The notes below the pieces were generated by a model. That model saw nothing but the letters and a program-made list of their open reading frames with translations, was not told the origin of the DNA and made no database searches. A stretch of 40,024 nucleotides of DNA from a virus: UHGV virus genome UHGV-0210832. The stretch is one strand, 5' to 3'. Of this stretch, positions 25,320 to 35,215 are shown piece after piece (the first letter of the stretch is position 1; each line of letters begins with the position of its first letter). Both the position numbers and the translations under genes were made by a program.

Positions 25320-27518
25320 ATGGCAGAAAAAAAGATGACTGACTGGCATCGCAAGGTGCTGTGCAACTTTGATAATGCCTGGTCAGCAACGCAGGATATG
25401 CGTGAGCAGATTATTGAAGCTCAACGTTTCGTCCGGGTGTCCGGCGCACAGTGGGAAGGCAGCACAAACGCTGGTTACTCATTTGATGAAGGCAGGTTTG
25501 AGCATTACCCGCGCTTTGAGCTGAATAAGATTGCCCGTGAATGTGATCGCATCATTGGCGAGTATCGACAGAATCGCATCAGCGTTAAATTCAGGCCGAA
25601 GGATGACAAGGCATCGGAAGCGTTAGCCGAAAAGATGAACGGCAAATTCCGCGCTGACTATCAGGAAACATCCGGTGGCGAAGCGTGTGATAACGCATTT
25701 GATGATGCTGTAACGGGCGGATTCGGTTGTTTCCGCATGTGTGCCGATTACGAAGATGAAATGGATCCGAGTAACGAGCAGCGACGCATCAGCCTTCTTC
25801 CTGTTTACGACCCAGCGACATGCGTCTTCTTCGATCAGGACAGCAAGCAATATGACCGCTCTGATGCTATGTGGGCTATGGAAATGTTCTCCATGACGCC
25901 TAAAGCGTTCGAGGCTGAATACCCTGATTCCATCGCGGCAAGCCTTTCTCGTGATGACACTGGCACTCAATATGACTGGTCAACTCCTGATGCTATCTAT
26001 GTTGGTCGCTACTACGAAGTTCGCATAGAGAAGGTGAAGCTCACAGCATGGCGTAACCCTGTTAGCGGAGAAACGGCAATCTATGATGAAGATCAAATCA
26101 AAGATATTGTCGATGAGCTAACCGATGGTGCATTCGAACTGATCGGTGAGCGGACGGTGAAGAAACGCAGAGTTTATTGCGGTCTTCTGTCTGGCGCTGA
26201 ATGGCTGGAAGAACCGAAGCGTATTCCGGGCGAACATATTCCTCTCATCCCGGTATATGGGCGTCGTTCATTTGTTGATAATCAGGAGCGAATCGAAGGC
26301 CACGCAGCAAAAGCGATGGATGCACAGCGTCTTGAGAACCTGATGGTTTCCATGATTGCAGATAACGCTACTCAGGCTGGCGGTGATGGCATTCCTATCG
26401 TGGATGTTGATTTCATTCCCGGTCCATTAATGAATCACTGGGCAGAGAGGAATAAGAAAAGGCCTGCAGTTCTTCCCATGACCAGCAAGAAGGACAAAAA
26501 CGGAACGGTCATTTCAGAGGCTCAGGTTGCTGGCTGGACACCTCCGACACAAATGCCTCCTGCTCTTGCCGGGCTATTGCAGTACACCGGAACGGCTATT
26601 CAGCAAATTACAGGTGCGTCGCAGCTTGAGAGCATGCCGAGCAACGTCGCCACCGATACCGTTGATAGCATCTTTAACCGGATGGACACGCAGTCCTATA
26701 TCTACATGGACAACATGGCTAAATCCATGCGCCGTGCTGGCGTCGTGTGGCTTTCTATGGCTCGTGAAGTCTATGGCAGCGATACGCCGATGCGTATCGT
26801 TAATGAGGACGGCAGCGATGACGTGGCGCTGATGACTGGTGAAGTGGTTGACCGTCAGACAGGGCAGGTTATCGCGCTTAATGACCTTTCGCAGGGTAAC
26901 TATGAAGTGACTGTCGATGTTGGGCAGTCGTTCGCTACTCGCCGTGATGCAACGGTTAAGTCGTTACTTTCCATGCTGGCACTTATCCCACCAGGAACGC
27001 CGAAGCACGACCTTGTATCGTCGATGATTCTCGACAATATGGACGGCGAAGGGATGGACGACCTGAAAGAATACAACCGCAATCAGTTGCTTCTGTCTGG
27101 CGTTATCAAGCCGAGAACGCCTGAAGAACAGCAGATGGTTGAACAGGCGAAACAACAACAGGCCAGTCAGCCAGATCCGGCTATGGTTGCAGCGCAAGGT
27201 CAGCTTCTTGCTGGTCAGGCTGAATTGCAGAAAGCGCAGAACGAGCAGGCAGCCATTCAGGTTAAAGCATTCCAAGCACAGACTGATGCTCAGGTTGCAG
27301 CGGCAAACGTTGTGAAAATCCTCGCATCTGCTGATAGCCAGCAGAAATCTGATATCCGCGAGGCTCTGAAACTGCTCGGACAGTTCCAGCAACAGCAAGG
27401 AGACAATGCCCGTGCTGATGCAGAGCTTGTCCTGAAAAGTCAGGCACAGGGCCATGCGCAGCGCATGGACATCAGCAGCATCCTGCAAAAATCAACTCAG
27501 CAACAACCACAGCAGTAA
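25320..27518 (+). CDS. Portal protein (P22 gp1-like, with Gln-rich C-terminal barrel)
   Basis: 732 aa directly after terL; C-terminal helical Q/A-rich tail (QQQASQPDPAMVAAQGQLLAGQAELQKAQNEQAAIQ...) as in P22-family portals. Confidence 0.85.
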   Translation: MAEKKMTDWHRKVLCNFDNAWSATQDMREQIIEAQRFVRVSGAQWEGSTNAGYSFDEGRFEHYPRFELNKIARECDRIIGEYRQNRISVKFRPKDDKASEALAEKMNGKFRADYQETSGGEACDNAFDDAVTGGFGCFRMCADYEDEMDPSNEQRRISLLPVYDPATCVFFDQDSKQYDRSDAMWAMEMFSMTPKAFEAEYPDSIAASLSRDDTGTQYDWSTPDAIYVGRYYEVRIEKVKLTAWRNPVSGETAIYDEDQIKDIVDELTDGAFELIGERTVKKRRVYCGLLSGAEWLEEPKRIPGEHIPLIPVYGRRSFVDNQERIEGHAAKAMDAQRLENLMVSMIADNATQAGGDGIPIVDVDFIPGPLMNHWAERNKKRPAVLPMTSKKDKNGTVISEAQVAGWTPPTQMPPALAGLLQYTGTAIQQITGASQLESMPSNVATDTVDSIFNRMDTQSYIYMDNMAKSMRRAGVVWLSMAREVYGSDTPMRIVNEDGSDDVALMTGEVVDRQTGQVIALNDLSQGNYEVTVDVGQSFATRRDATVKSLLSMLALIPPGTPKHDLVSSMILDNMDGEGMDDLKEYNRNQLLLSGVIKPRTPEEQQMVEQAKQQQASQPDPAMVAAQGQLLAGQAELQKAQNEQAAIQVKAFQAQTDAQVAAANVVKILASADSQQKSDIREALKLLGQFQQQQGDNARADAELVLKSQAQGHAQRMDISSILQKSTQQQPQQ

Positions 27519-27608
27519 TTAACCCATAACGTGCAATGGCTGTCTTTATGAGGCCTGGCACCCTATTGCCTTCCGATGGGCTGAACATCGAGTAAACAGG
27601 GGTAACAA

Positions 27609-28502
27609 ATGGACCAGATGGCAGAAAACACACCAGAAGTTGAAATCGAAACCGATGCGTCAGAGCAGATTCCTGATGATGTCGAACTGGCTGAAGAAGT
27701 CGAAACAGAAGATGACAGTGAGTCCTCCGGCAATGATGCAGAGGAAGCTACTGAAACTGATGACGACGAATCAGAACAGGAATTCTACTTTGGTGACGAA
27801 AAGCTGGATTCGCCAACCAGCGAAGATGGCGCAGAGCATGGACTGGTAAAACACCTGCGCAAGACGATTAAAGAGAAAGACCGCGAGCTGAAAGAGCTGA
27901 TGCGTCAGTCTCAGAAACCCGTCGAGCAGCAGCCGGTAATCACTCAACCACCGCGAATGCCAAAACTGGACGATGAGGACATCGGTTTCGATGAAGAAAT
28001 CTACCAGCGACGCATGGCTAAGTGGGCAGAGGATAACGGCAAGTACCAGCAACAGGAGATGGCTCGCAAGCAGAAGGAGCAGGAGCTTCAGGCTGCCTAT
28101 CAAGAGCGATTATCTAAATATCAGCAACGTGTTAAGGCTCTCAAGGTTCCTGGCTATCAGGAAGCAGAACAGGCCGTACTCGAGGAAATCCCCATCGAGA
28201 CACAAAACGCGATCCTGTTTGAGTCAGAGAAGCCGGAAATCGTTGTTCTGGCACTCGGTCGCAACGCTGAACTGCGCAAGCAACTGGCAGAAGCTACCAA
28301 CCCCGTAGCAATTGGTCGTCTGCTGGAACGTATCGAATCGAAGGCCAGAATCATGCCAAAAGCAAAAACCACGGCAGCCACAACCCCGACAGTTAAGGGG
28401 AGCAACGGCGCAGTAATCAATAACCTCGACAAACTGAAAGCCAAGGCGCTGGAAACTGGTGACTGGACGCCGTATTTCGCCGCTAAAAAGGCAAAAAAAT
28501 AA
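27609..28502 (+). CDS. Scaffolding protein
   Basis: 297 aa, highly charged and helical with acidic N-terminal region, between portal and coat as in P22/Sf6. Confidence 0.8.
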   Translation: MDQMAENTPEVEIETDASEQIPDDVELAEEVETEDDSESSGNDAEEATETDDDESEQEFYFGDEKLDSPTSEDGAEHGLVKHLRKTIKEKDRELKELMRQSQKPVEQQPVITQPPRMPKLDDEDIGFDEEIYQRRMAKWAEDNGKYQQQEMARKQKEQELQAAYQERLSKYQQRVKALKVPGYQEAEQAVLEEIPIETQNAILFESEKPEIVVLALGRNAELRKQLAEATNPVAIGRLLERIESKARIMPKAKTTAATTPTVKGSNGAVINNLDKLKAKALETGDWTPYFAAKKAKK

Positions 28503-28520
28503 CCTATCGGAGCATTAAGC

Positions 28521-29774
28521 ATGGCTAACCAATTAGCAAAAGACCTTGAAATCATGTTCGAAAACTACGTTGAAGGCTTTGAGGCCGCCTGCGTAGTTTC
28601 CCGTAACGCTAAAAAATTCCGTCCCGGTGATACCGCAATGCAGCGAGCAGGTGATGTTCTGTATCGTCCGCAGCATTACCACATGAACATTGAAGAAGGC
28701 CTCGATCTCAGCGGCAAAACGCCTACAGCACTGGTTCAGCGCCTTGTTCCTTCTGTGTTCAAGGAGCCGAAAAACATTCTGTACACTCTGGATGCGCGTG
28801 AAATGCGTGACCCGGAACATAAAACTGAAGCTGGTCGAGCCGCAGGTATGCGCCTTGCTGCACAGATTGACTCTGACCTGATTTCCATGGTCACGCAGCG
28901 TGCTACTAACGTGATCACGATGGCTGACTCAACCACAGGTTCACAGGGCCGTGATTTGTGGAACTGTGCGGCAGGTATTGATGCCACCATGACGGCGATT
29001 GGTGTACCTCAGGGCATCAACCGTCGCTCTTTCTGGAACCCCTTCAACTACAAAGACCTTGCTGGCGAGCTTGGTCACCGTGCCTATGCTCAGGGCGCAA
29101 CCCTGACAGCATACGAAAAAGCGCAAATCCCTCCGGTTGCGTCCTTCGATAGCTACAAGACCGATATTTCTGGTCGTGTTCCGAAGGGTACAGCAACTTC
29201 CATTACGCTGGCAGCAGCACCTGCGCACAAGGTTGAAGCGAAAGATGCTAACGATATGCCAGTGGATAACCGACAGGGGACCATTACGGTATCTGCTGAA
29301 GGTTTGCAGGTTGGCGATGCGTTTACCATCGCAGGGGTGAATTCTGTACACCAGATCACCAAAGATACCACCGGGCAGCCGCAGGTATTCCGCGTTCTGG
29401 CAGTAAGCGGAACGACAGTAACTATCTCCCCGAAAATTCTGCCGCCTGACAACGCGGATGTCGCCAGCCGACCATATGCAAACGTTGATGCTAATGCGGC
29501 AAGTAGCGCAGCAATCACCATTCTCAACAAAAATGCCGCACCGGCTAACCTGTTCTGGGCTGATGGTTCTGTTGAACTGATGTACGGCAAGCTGGCGTTC
29601 CCAACTGGTCAGGGTCCACAGGTAATGACAGCAACCACCGAGCAGGGCGCTACGCTGATCATGTCTTACGCCTTCGACCACATCAAAGGCGTAACCACTG
29701 CGCGTTTCACCACTCTGTACGGTTGCTCTGTACTGGTTCCTGAATATACGGGCATCGTTATTGCCGGGCAGTAA
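28521..29774 (+). CDS. Major coat protein
   Basis: 417 aa, position and size match the P22/Sf6 coat protein; followed by a strong terminator hairpin. Confidence 0.85.
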   Translation: MANQLAKDLEIMFENYVEGFEAACVVSRNAKKFRPGDTAMQRAGDVLYRPQHYHMNIEEGLDLSGKTPTALVQRLVPSVFKEPKNILYTLDAREMRDPEHKTEAGRAAGMRLAAQIDSDLISMVTQRATNVITMADSTTGSQGRDLWNCAAGIDATMTAIGVPQGINRRSFWNPFNYKDLAGELGHRAYAQGATLTAYEKAQIPPVASFDSYKTDISGRVPKGTATSITLAAAPAHKVEAKDANDMPVDNRQGTITVSAEGLQVGDAFTIAGVNSVHQITKDTTGQPQVFRVLAVSGTTVTISPKILPPDNADVASRPYANVDANAASSAAITILNKNAAPANLFWADGSVELMYGKLAFPTGQGPQVMTATTEQGATLIMSYAFDHIKGVTTARFTTLYGCSVLVPEYTGIVIAGQ

Positions 29775-29781
29775 TTTTGGT

Positions 29782-29803
29782 GGGGCTTCGGCCCCATTTT
29801 TAT
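29782..29803 (+). terminator. Intrinsic terminator-like hairpin immediately after the coat gene
   Basis: GGGGC-TTCG-GCCCC perfect 5-bp GC stem with tetraloop followed by ATTTTTATT. Confidence 0.6.
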
Positions 29804-29815
29804 TGGGAGAAGACA

Positions 29816-30004
29816 ATGGCACGAACAATGCTCTATAAGCCAGGCAACATGATCACCTGCGGTCAGTTTGCTGTCGATTACATCATTGTTGATGACGAAG
29901 AAGTTAAATCTCACCTGAAAAAAGGTTGGGCAAAAACTCCTGAAGAAGCCGCAACGAAGCAAAAAGTGGCTAAGGCGGAAGAAGATGGCGAAAACGAAGG
30001 GTGA
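29816..30004 (+). CDS. Small head-associated hypothetical protein (62 aa)
   Basis: Start set at MARTMLYKPG (ATG 29816) with GGGAGAAG RBS; the longer track ORF would run through the terminator hairpin. Confidence 0.5.
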   Translation: MARTMLYKPGNMITCGQFAVDYIIVDDEEVKSHLKKGWAKTPEEAATKQKVAKAEEDGENEG

Positions 30005-30446
30005 TCTCGTTCTAAAGGCTTTACGAAAAGCTGGGCTGTATTCCAATGCCACGTTGACAGATGCTGACCCTCAGGCAATTGAAGATGCCATTAATGACCT
30101 CGAAGACATGATGGCAGCATGGCAGGCGAAAGGTATCGAGCTTGGGTATCAGTTTGCTGATACAGAAAACGGCATCATGCCGTTACCTGACGATGATTCA
30201 GGCATCCCTGCATGGGCAAATGATGGCGTCGCTTTGAAACTCGCTGTGCAAGTGTGCATGGATAACGTCATTCAGCCGTCAGACGCTCTCCTTACCGCTG
30301 CTGACAGTGCATATCAAACAATCTGTATCGCTTTAACCAAAATACCACCACTTGAGCGGCGAAATGACATGCCTCGCGGTAGTGGTAACAAAAGCGCGTT
30401 TACGTGGAATAGGTTTTACATCGAGAAAGATGATCCGAGTACGTGA
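29985..30446 (+). CDS. Head completion / packaged-DNA stabilization protein (P22 gp4-like)
   Basis: 153 aa; assignment by synteny and size after coat. Confidence 0.6.
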   Translation: MAKTKGDLVLKALRKAGLYSNATLTDADPQAIEDAINDLEDMMAAWQAKGIELGYQFADTENGIMPLPDDDSGIPAWANDGVALKLAVQVCMDNVIQPSDALLTAADSAYQTICIALTKIPPLERRNDMPRGSGNKSAFTWNRFYIEKDDPST

Positions 30447-30455
30447 GGTGAATAA

Positions 30456-31874
30456 ATGCCGATTCAGCAACTTCCGCTTATGAAAGGTGTCGGCAAAGAC
30501 TTCCGAAACGCCGACTATATCGACTATCTGCCAGTGAATATGCTGGCTACACCCAAAGAAATCCTGAACAGCAGCGGATATCTTCGCTCATTCCCGGGCA
30601 TTGCCAAACGTTCTGATGTGAACGGTCTATCTCGCGGCGTCGAGTACAACATGGCGCAGAATGCTGTTTATCGCGTGTGTGGCGGCAAGCTGTACAAAGG
30701 AGAAAGTGAAGTCGGTGATGTTGCCGGAAGTGGTCGTGTATCATTGGCTCATGGTCGGACATCACAGGCGGTAGGCGTTAATGGTCAACTGGTCGAGTAT
30801 CGCTATGATGGCACGGTTAAATCCGTCTCAAACTGGCCTACAGACAGCGGATTCACGCAGTATGAGTTAGGTTCGGTTCGCGACATTACGCGCTTGCGTG
30901 GGCGTTATGCGTGGTCAAAAGACGGCACTGATTCATGGTTTATCACTGACCTTGAAGACGAATCGCATCCTGACCGCTACAGCGCACAATATCGCGCAGA
31001 ATCGCAGCCGGACGGCATCATCGGCATCGGAACATGGCGAGACTTCATCGTATGCTTTGGTTCATCAACGATTGAATATTTCTCCCTGACTGGTGCAACC
31101 ACCGTTGGTGCTGCTTTGTATGTCGCACAGCCATCGCTGATGGTGCAAAAAGGCATCGCCGGGACTTACTGCAAAACGCCGTTTGCTGATTCCTATGCTT
31201 TCATCAGCAACCCGGCAACGGGTGCGCCGTCTGTGTACATCATCGGTTCCGGTCAGGTATCACCAATCGCCAGCGCGAGCATTGAGAAAATACTTCGCTC
31301 CTACACTGCTGATGAACTGGCTGATGGCGTAATGGAGTCTCTGCGATTTGATGCGCATGAGCTGCTGATTATCCATCTTCCGCGCCATGTCCTCGTATAC
31401 GACGCATCTTCAAGCGCCAATGCTCCGCAATGGTGTGTACTGAAAACAGGTCTGTATGATGATGTGTACCGCGCTATCGACTTCATTTACGAAGGCAATC
31501 AGATAACGTGCGGCGATAAGCTGGAATCTGTTACCGGGAAACTGCAATTCGACATCAGCAGCCAGTACGACAAGCAACAGGAACACCTGCTGTTTACTCC
31601 GTTGTTCAAAGCGGATAACGCCAGAGTTTTCGACCTTGAAGTTGAATCTTCAACTGGCGTTGCGCAGTATGCTGACAGCCTTTTTCTCTCTGCAACCACT
31701 GACGGCATCAATTACGGGCGTGAGCAGATGATTGAGCAGAATGAACCGTTCGTTTACGACAAACGCGTTTTGTGGAAGAGAGTCGGGCGCATCAGGAAAA
31801 ATGTTGGCTTCAAATTGCGCGTTATCACGAAGTCACCTGTCACTCTGTCTGGCTGCCAGATAAGGATTGAGTAA
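30456..31874 (+). CDS. Head completion / tail accessory protein (P22 gp10-like)
   Basis: 472 aa, same length and position as P22 gp10. Confidence 0.65.
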   Translation: MPIQQLPLMKGVGKDFRNADYIDYLPVNMLATPKEILNSSGYLRSFPGIAKRSDVNGLSRGVEYNMAQNAVYRVCGGKLYKGESEVGDVAGSGRVSLAHGRTSQAVGVNGQLVEYRYDGTVKSVSNWPTDSGFTQYELGSVRDITRLRGRYAWSKDGTDSWFITDLEDESHPDRYSAQYRAESQPDGIIGIGTWRDFIVCFGSSTIEYFSLTGATTVGAALYVAQPSLMVQKGIAGTYCKTPFADSYAFISNPATGAPSVYIIGSGQVSPIASASIEKILRSYTADELADGVMESLRFDAHELLIIHLPRHVLVYDASSSANAPQWCVLKTGLYDDVYRAIDFIYEGNQITCGDKLESVTGKLQFDISSQYDKQQEHLLFTPLFKADNARVFDLEVESSTGVAQYADSLFLSATTDGINYGREQMIEQNEPFVYDKRVLWKRVGRIRKNVGFKLRVITKSPVTLSGCQIRIE

Positions 31875-32722
31875 TGGCTGATTCGAATCTCAATGAGCCA
31901 GTAATCATCCAGGCTACGCGGCTCGATACATCAGTTCTTCCACGCAATATCTTCTCGCAGTCGTATCTGCTTTACGTTATCGCACAGGGCACTGATGTTG
32001 GTAACGTGGCTAACAAGGCCAACGAGGCCGGACAGGGCGCTTATGACGCACAAGTTAGGAACGATGAGCAGGATGTGATTCTGGTCGATCACGAAATTCG
32101 ACTGGCATCGGCTGAAGCGAAGATACAGGACCACGAAACAAGGATCACTAACGCAGAAGCGGCGATAGTCAACCTTGATTCACGATTAACGACAGCAGAA
32201 AACGATATTGATTATCTGACGGATGAAGTTGTCGCCATTCAAAACACGCTTTCAGACCATGAAACGCGCATTGATGCTCTGGAGTATGCCACTACTCGCA
32301 AAAAGTCAGAGGTTGTTTACTCTGGCGTATCTGTAACCATCCCGACAGCGCCGACCAACCTTGTTAGCCTGCTGAAAACGCTCACGCCGTCATCCGGCAC
32401 TCTGGCACCGTTCTTCGACACCGTTAACAACAAGATGGTTGTGTTCAACGAGAACAAAACCTTGTTCTTCAAGCTGTCGATTGTCGGGACGTGGCCCAGC
32501 GGAACCGCCAATAGGTCAATGCAGCTAACCTTTTCCGGCTCTGTTCCTGACACACTGGTTAGCAGTCGTAATGCGGCGACAACAACCGACAACATCCTGT
32601 TAGCTACGTTCTTCAGCGTGGATAAAGACGGATTTCTTGCCACAAATGGCAGTACGTTAACTATTCAGTCAAATGGGGCGGCGTTTACTGCCACAACCAT
32701 CAAGATAATCGCGGAGCAGTGA
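31874..32722 (+). CDS. Tail needle protein (P22 gp26-like, with C-terminal knob as in Sf6)
   Basis: 282 aa; N-terminal [27 protein letters not shown] and heptad-like repeats ([29 protein letters not shown]...[10 protein letters not shown]). Confidence 0.7.
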   Translation: MADSNLNEPVIIQATRLDTSVLPRNIFSQSYLLYVIAQGTDVGNVANKANEAGQGAYDAQVRNDEQDVILVDHEIRLASAEAKIQDHETRITNAEAAIVNLDSRLTTAENDIDYLTDEVVAIQNTLSDHETRIDALEYATTRKKSEVVYSGVSVTIPTAPTNLVSLLKTLTPSSGTLAPFFDTVNNKMVVFNENKTLFFKLSIVGTWPSGTANRSMQLTFSGSVPDTLVSSRNAATTTDNILLATFFSVDKDGFLATNGSTLTIQSNGAAFTATTIKIIAEQ

Positions 32723-33189
32723 TGGAAATAAAGCTCATCGATAATCCGGTGAAGCTTGCAGAATTCCTCAACAACCCGGCAAACACGGGAAATATCGTAG
32801 ATAGTGGAGACAAATACTACATCAAGCCTGATGCGGTATACCTCGGCATGTACGAAGGATTAGTGCTGGCTGGCGTTCATGAAGTGCGTAACTTCTGGCA
32901 TAGCGTTGTTGAATGCCATGCGGTGTACGACCCCGGATTCCGTGGTGAATATGCACTGCAAGGGCATCGATTATTCTGCAAATGGCTTCTCGAAAATTCA
33001 CCATTCCTTAACAGCATCACTATGGTTCCTGACACCACGAAATACGGACGGGCAATTATCCGTTTGCTTGGCGCTACCCGTGTTGGTCACCTTGATGATG
33101 CGTACATGAGTAACGGAAAACCGGTAGGAATCACACTCTATCAATTACCTCGTTCGAAATATGAGGAGCTATTAAATGTTAGTACTTAG
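32719..33189 (+). CDS. Head/ejection-associated protein (P22 gp14-like)
   Basis: 156 aa; assignment by synteny. Confidence 0.5.
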   Translation: MMEIKLIDNPVKLAEFLNNPANTGNIVDSGDKYYIKPDAVYLGMYEGLVLAGVHEVRNFWHSVVECHAVYDPGFRGEYALQGHRLFCKWLLENSPFLNSITMVPDTTKYGRAIIRLLGATRVGHLDDAYMSNGKPVGITLYQLPRSKYEELLNVST

Positions 33190-33856
33190 CGAAAGCTTCA
33201 AGAATAAATTGCTTCCCATGAATGGGTATATGAAAGGCGGCAGCGACTCCGGCTCTAAAGCCCAGGCACGCGCAACTGAAAAGGGTATCGAATTGCAGCG
33301 TGAAATGTGGCAAACGAACATGCAGAACCTTGCACCGTTCACGCCACTCGCTCAGCAGTACGTATCAGAGTTGCAAAATCTTTCCTCTCTTCAGGGGCAA
33401 GGTCAGGCGCTTAACCAGTATTACAACTCCCAGCAGTATAAAGACCTTGCAGGGCAGGCGCGCTATCAGAGTCTGGCAGCAGCAGAGGCAACGGGTGGAT
33501 TAGGCTCTACAGCAACAGGAAACCAGTTAGCAGCAATCGCACCTACACTCGGCCAAAACTGGCTGTCAGGTCAGATGAACAACTACAACAATCTGGCAAA
33601 TATCGGCCTTGGTGCTCTTACAGGTCAGGCAAACGCCGGGCAGAACTACGCTAACAACGTCAGCCAGTTGTATCAACAGCAGGCGGCGGCAGCGGCAGCA
33701 AATGCCAATAAGCCTTCAGGCCTACAGAGTTTTGCTACAGGTGCCATTGGTGGGGCCGCATCAGGTGCAATGATTGGTAGTGCAGTTCCTGTTATTGGGA
33801 CTGGTATTGGTGCTCTTGCTGGCGGTGTTATCGGTGGTCTTGGATCATTGTTTTAA
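33176..33856 (+). CDS. Ejection (DNA transfer) protein, P22 gp7-like
   Basis: 226 aa; Gly/Ala-rich hydrophobic C-terminus (IGGAASGAMIGSAVPVIGTGIGALAGGVIGGLGSLF); synteny. Confidence 0.6.
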   Translation: MLVLSESFKNKLLPMNGYMKGGSDSGSKAQARATEKGIELQREMWQTNMQNLAPFTPLAQQYVSELQNLSSLQGQGQALNQYYNSQQYKDLAGQARYQSLAAAEATGGLGSTATGNQLAAIAPTLGQNWLSGQMNNYNNLANIGLGALTGQANAGQNYANNVSQLYQQQAAAAAANANKPSGLQSFATGAIGGAASGAMIGSAVPVIGTGIGALAGGVIGGLGSLF

Positions 33857-33865
33857 GGTGGGAAT

Positions 33866-35215
33866 ATGGCTACTTGGCAACAAGGAATCAACTCAGGCGG
33901 TTTTCTTGCTGGTATCGGTGGGCAAAACTCAAATGCGCCAAAGGCAAGTGATGTAAGTGAGGCGTTGGCCTATATTCGCCAGAACAACGAAATGGAGCGA
34001 TCAGGTCGCAATAACATCGGCCTTCAGGCGTTGCAGGGGCTGGGTAGTGTCGCTCAAACATATCAAGCCGCAAAGCAACAGGAAGCGGATGCTGCATTCC
34101 AAAAAGAATATGCGGCAGCCATCCAGTCAGGTGATCGACAGCAGGTGCGAGATCTGATGACCAAATATCCTGGTCAATTAGAGAAGATTCAGTCTGGTAT
34201 GAAGTGGGCAGACGAAGACCAGCGTGATGAAATTGGCAATCTAGCGGCAGGCGGTCAAATTGCCTCCATGATGGGTGGTGATGCATTTAGCAAGTGGATT
34301 GGAAACAATGCAACCAGATTGTCTAATCAGGGGGTAGACCCACAACAACTCCTCAGCATGTATCAAAAAGACCCACAAGCAACATCACAACTTATCGGAC
34401 AATATGGTCAGTTTGCATTAGGACATGAAAAGTATTGGGATTTGCAGGACAAGATGGTTGGTCGCCAACTTGAGAAAGGGCGATTGGATGAAAGCATCCG
34501 TCAGGCTGACATGGAGAACGCGAGAGGATGGGCAAATATCCAAAACGCTCAACTAGACAGGGCTCAGCGGGCACAAATGCATAATGATAACGTAGCCCTG
34601 AAGTTGCAGGAATTAGGGATGAAACAACAGGAAAGCGGAAAGATTGACCCAAAACTTGTTCGAGATCTGAATAGTGATATTAATGGGTTCTCAAAGAATT
34701 ATTCTGCAATGCGCAGTGCTTCTGACAACCTACAAGCCCTTGGGAAGCGCAACACTCCAGCATCGCAGTTGGGAATGATTTTCAACTATATGAAATCGCT
34801 GGATCCGCAATCTGTGGTACGCGAAGGTGAGCAAGTGCAGGTAAAACGCACTGATGGAATATTTGGCACACTTGGTAACTATGTTAGCCAATTATCTAAC
34901 GGCAAGATGCTGAATAATGAGCAAGTCCAAGACTTAATCAACACCTCAAAACTGATGGCAAATACTGAAGGCGAAAAGTTTAACCAGCAAATGGATGATT
35001 ATCTTTCAACTTATGGAGATTCTCTCCCCAGCGGACTAACTAAGCAATTGCAATCCAGAAAAGCCAAGCTGTATGAAGATATTCAGCAGCCTGCGCAACA
35101 ACAGACACAACAAGCAACATCTGGCGGTCAAACATTTCGAGAAGGTATGACCGCGAAAAATCCTAAAACTGGTCAGAAAATTATTTACAGGAACGGACAA
35201 TGGCAACCAATGTAG
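33866..35215 (+). CDS. Ejection (DNA transfer) protein, P22 gp20-like
   Basis: 449 aa; synteny and size. Confidence 0.6.
   Translation: MATWQQGINSGGFLAGIGGQNSNAPKASDVSEALAYIRQNNEMERSGRNNIGLQALQGLGSVAQTYQAAKQQEADAAFQKEYAAAIQSGDRQQVRDLMTKYPGQLEKIQSGMKWADEDQRDEIGNLAAGGQIASMMGGDAFSKWIGNNATRLSNQGVDPQQLLSMYQKDPQATSQLIGQYGQFALGHEKYWDLQDKMVGRQLEKGRLDESIRQADMENARGWANIQNAQLDRAQRAQMHNDNVALKLQELGMKQQESGKIDPKLVRDLNSDINGFSKNYSAMRSASDNLQALGKRNTPASQLGMIFNYMKSLDPQSVVREGEQVQVKRTDGIFGTLGNYVSQLSNGKMLNNEQVQDLINTSKLMANTEGEKFNQQMDDYLSTYGDSLPSGLTKQLQSRKAKLYEDIQQPAQQQTQQATSGGQTFREGMTAKNPKTGQKIIYRNGQWQPM

Noticed and set aside
25623-29828. Numerous antisense ORFs within terL, portal, scaffold and coat (for example 26964-27488, 28941-29828)
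   Set aside because: They lie entirely inside well-supported structural genes on the opposite strand, with Cys/Arg/His-rich composition and no RBS; typical shadow ORFs.
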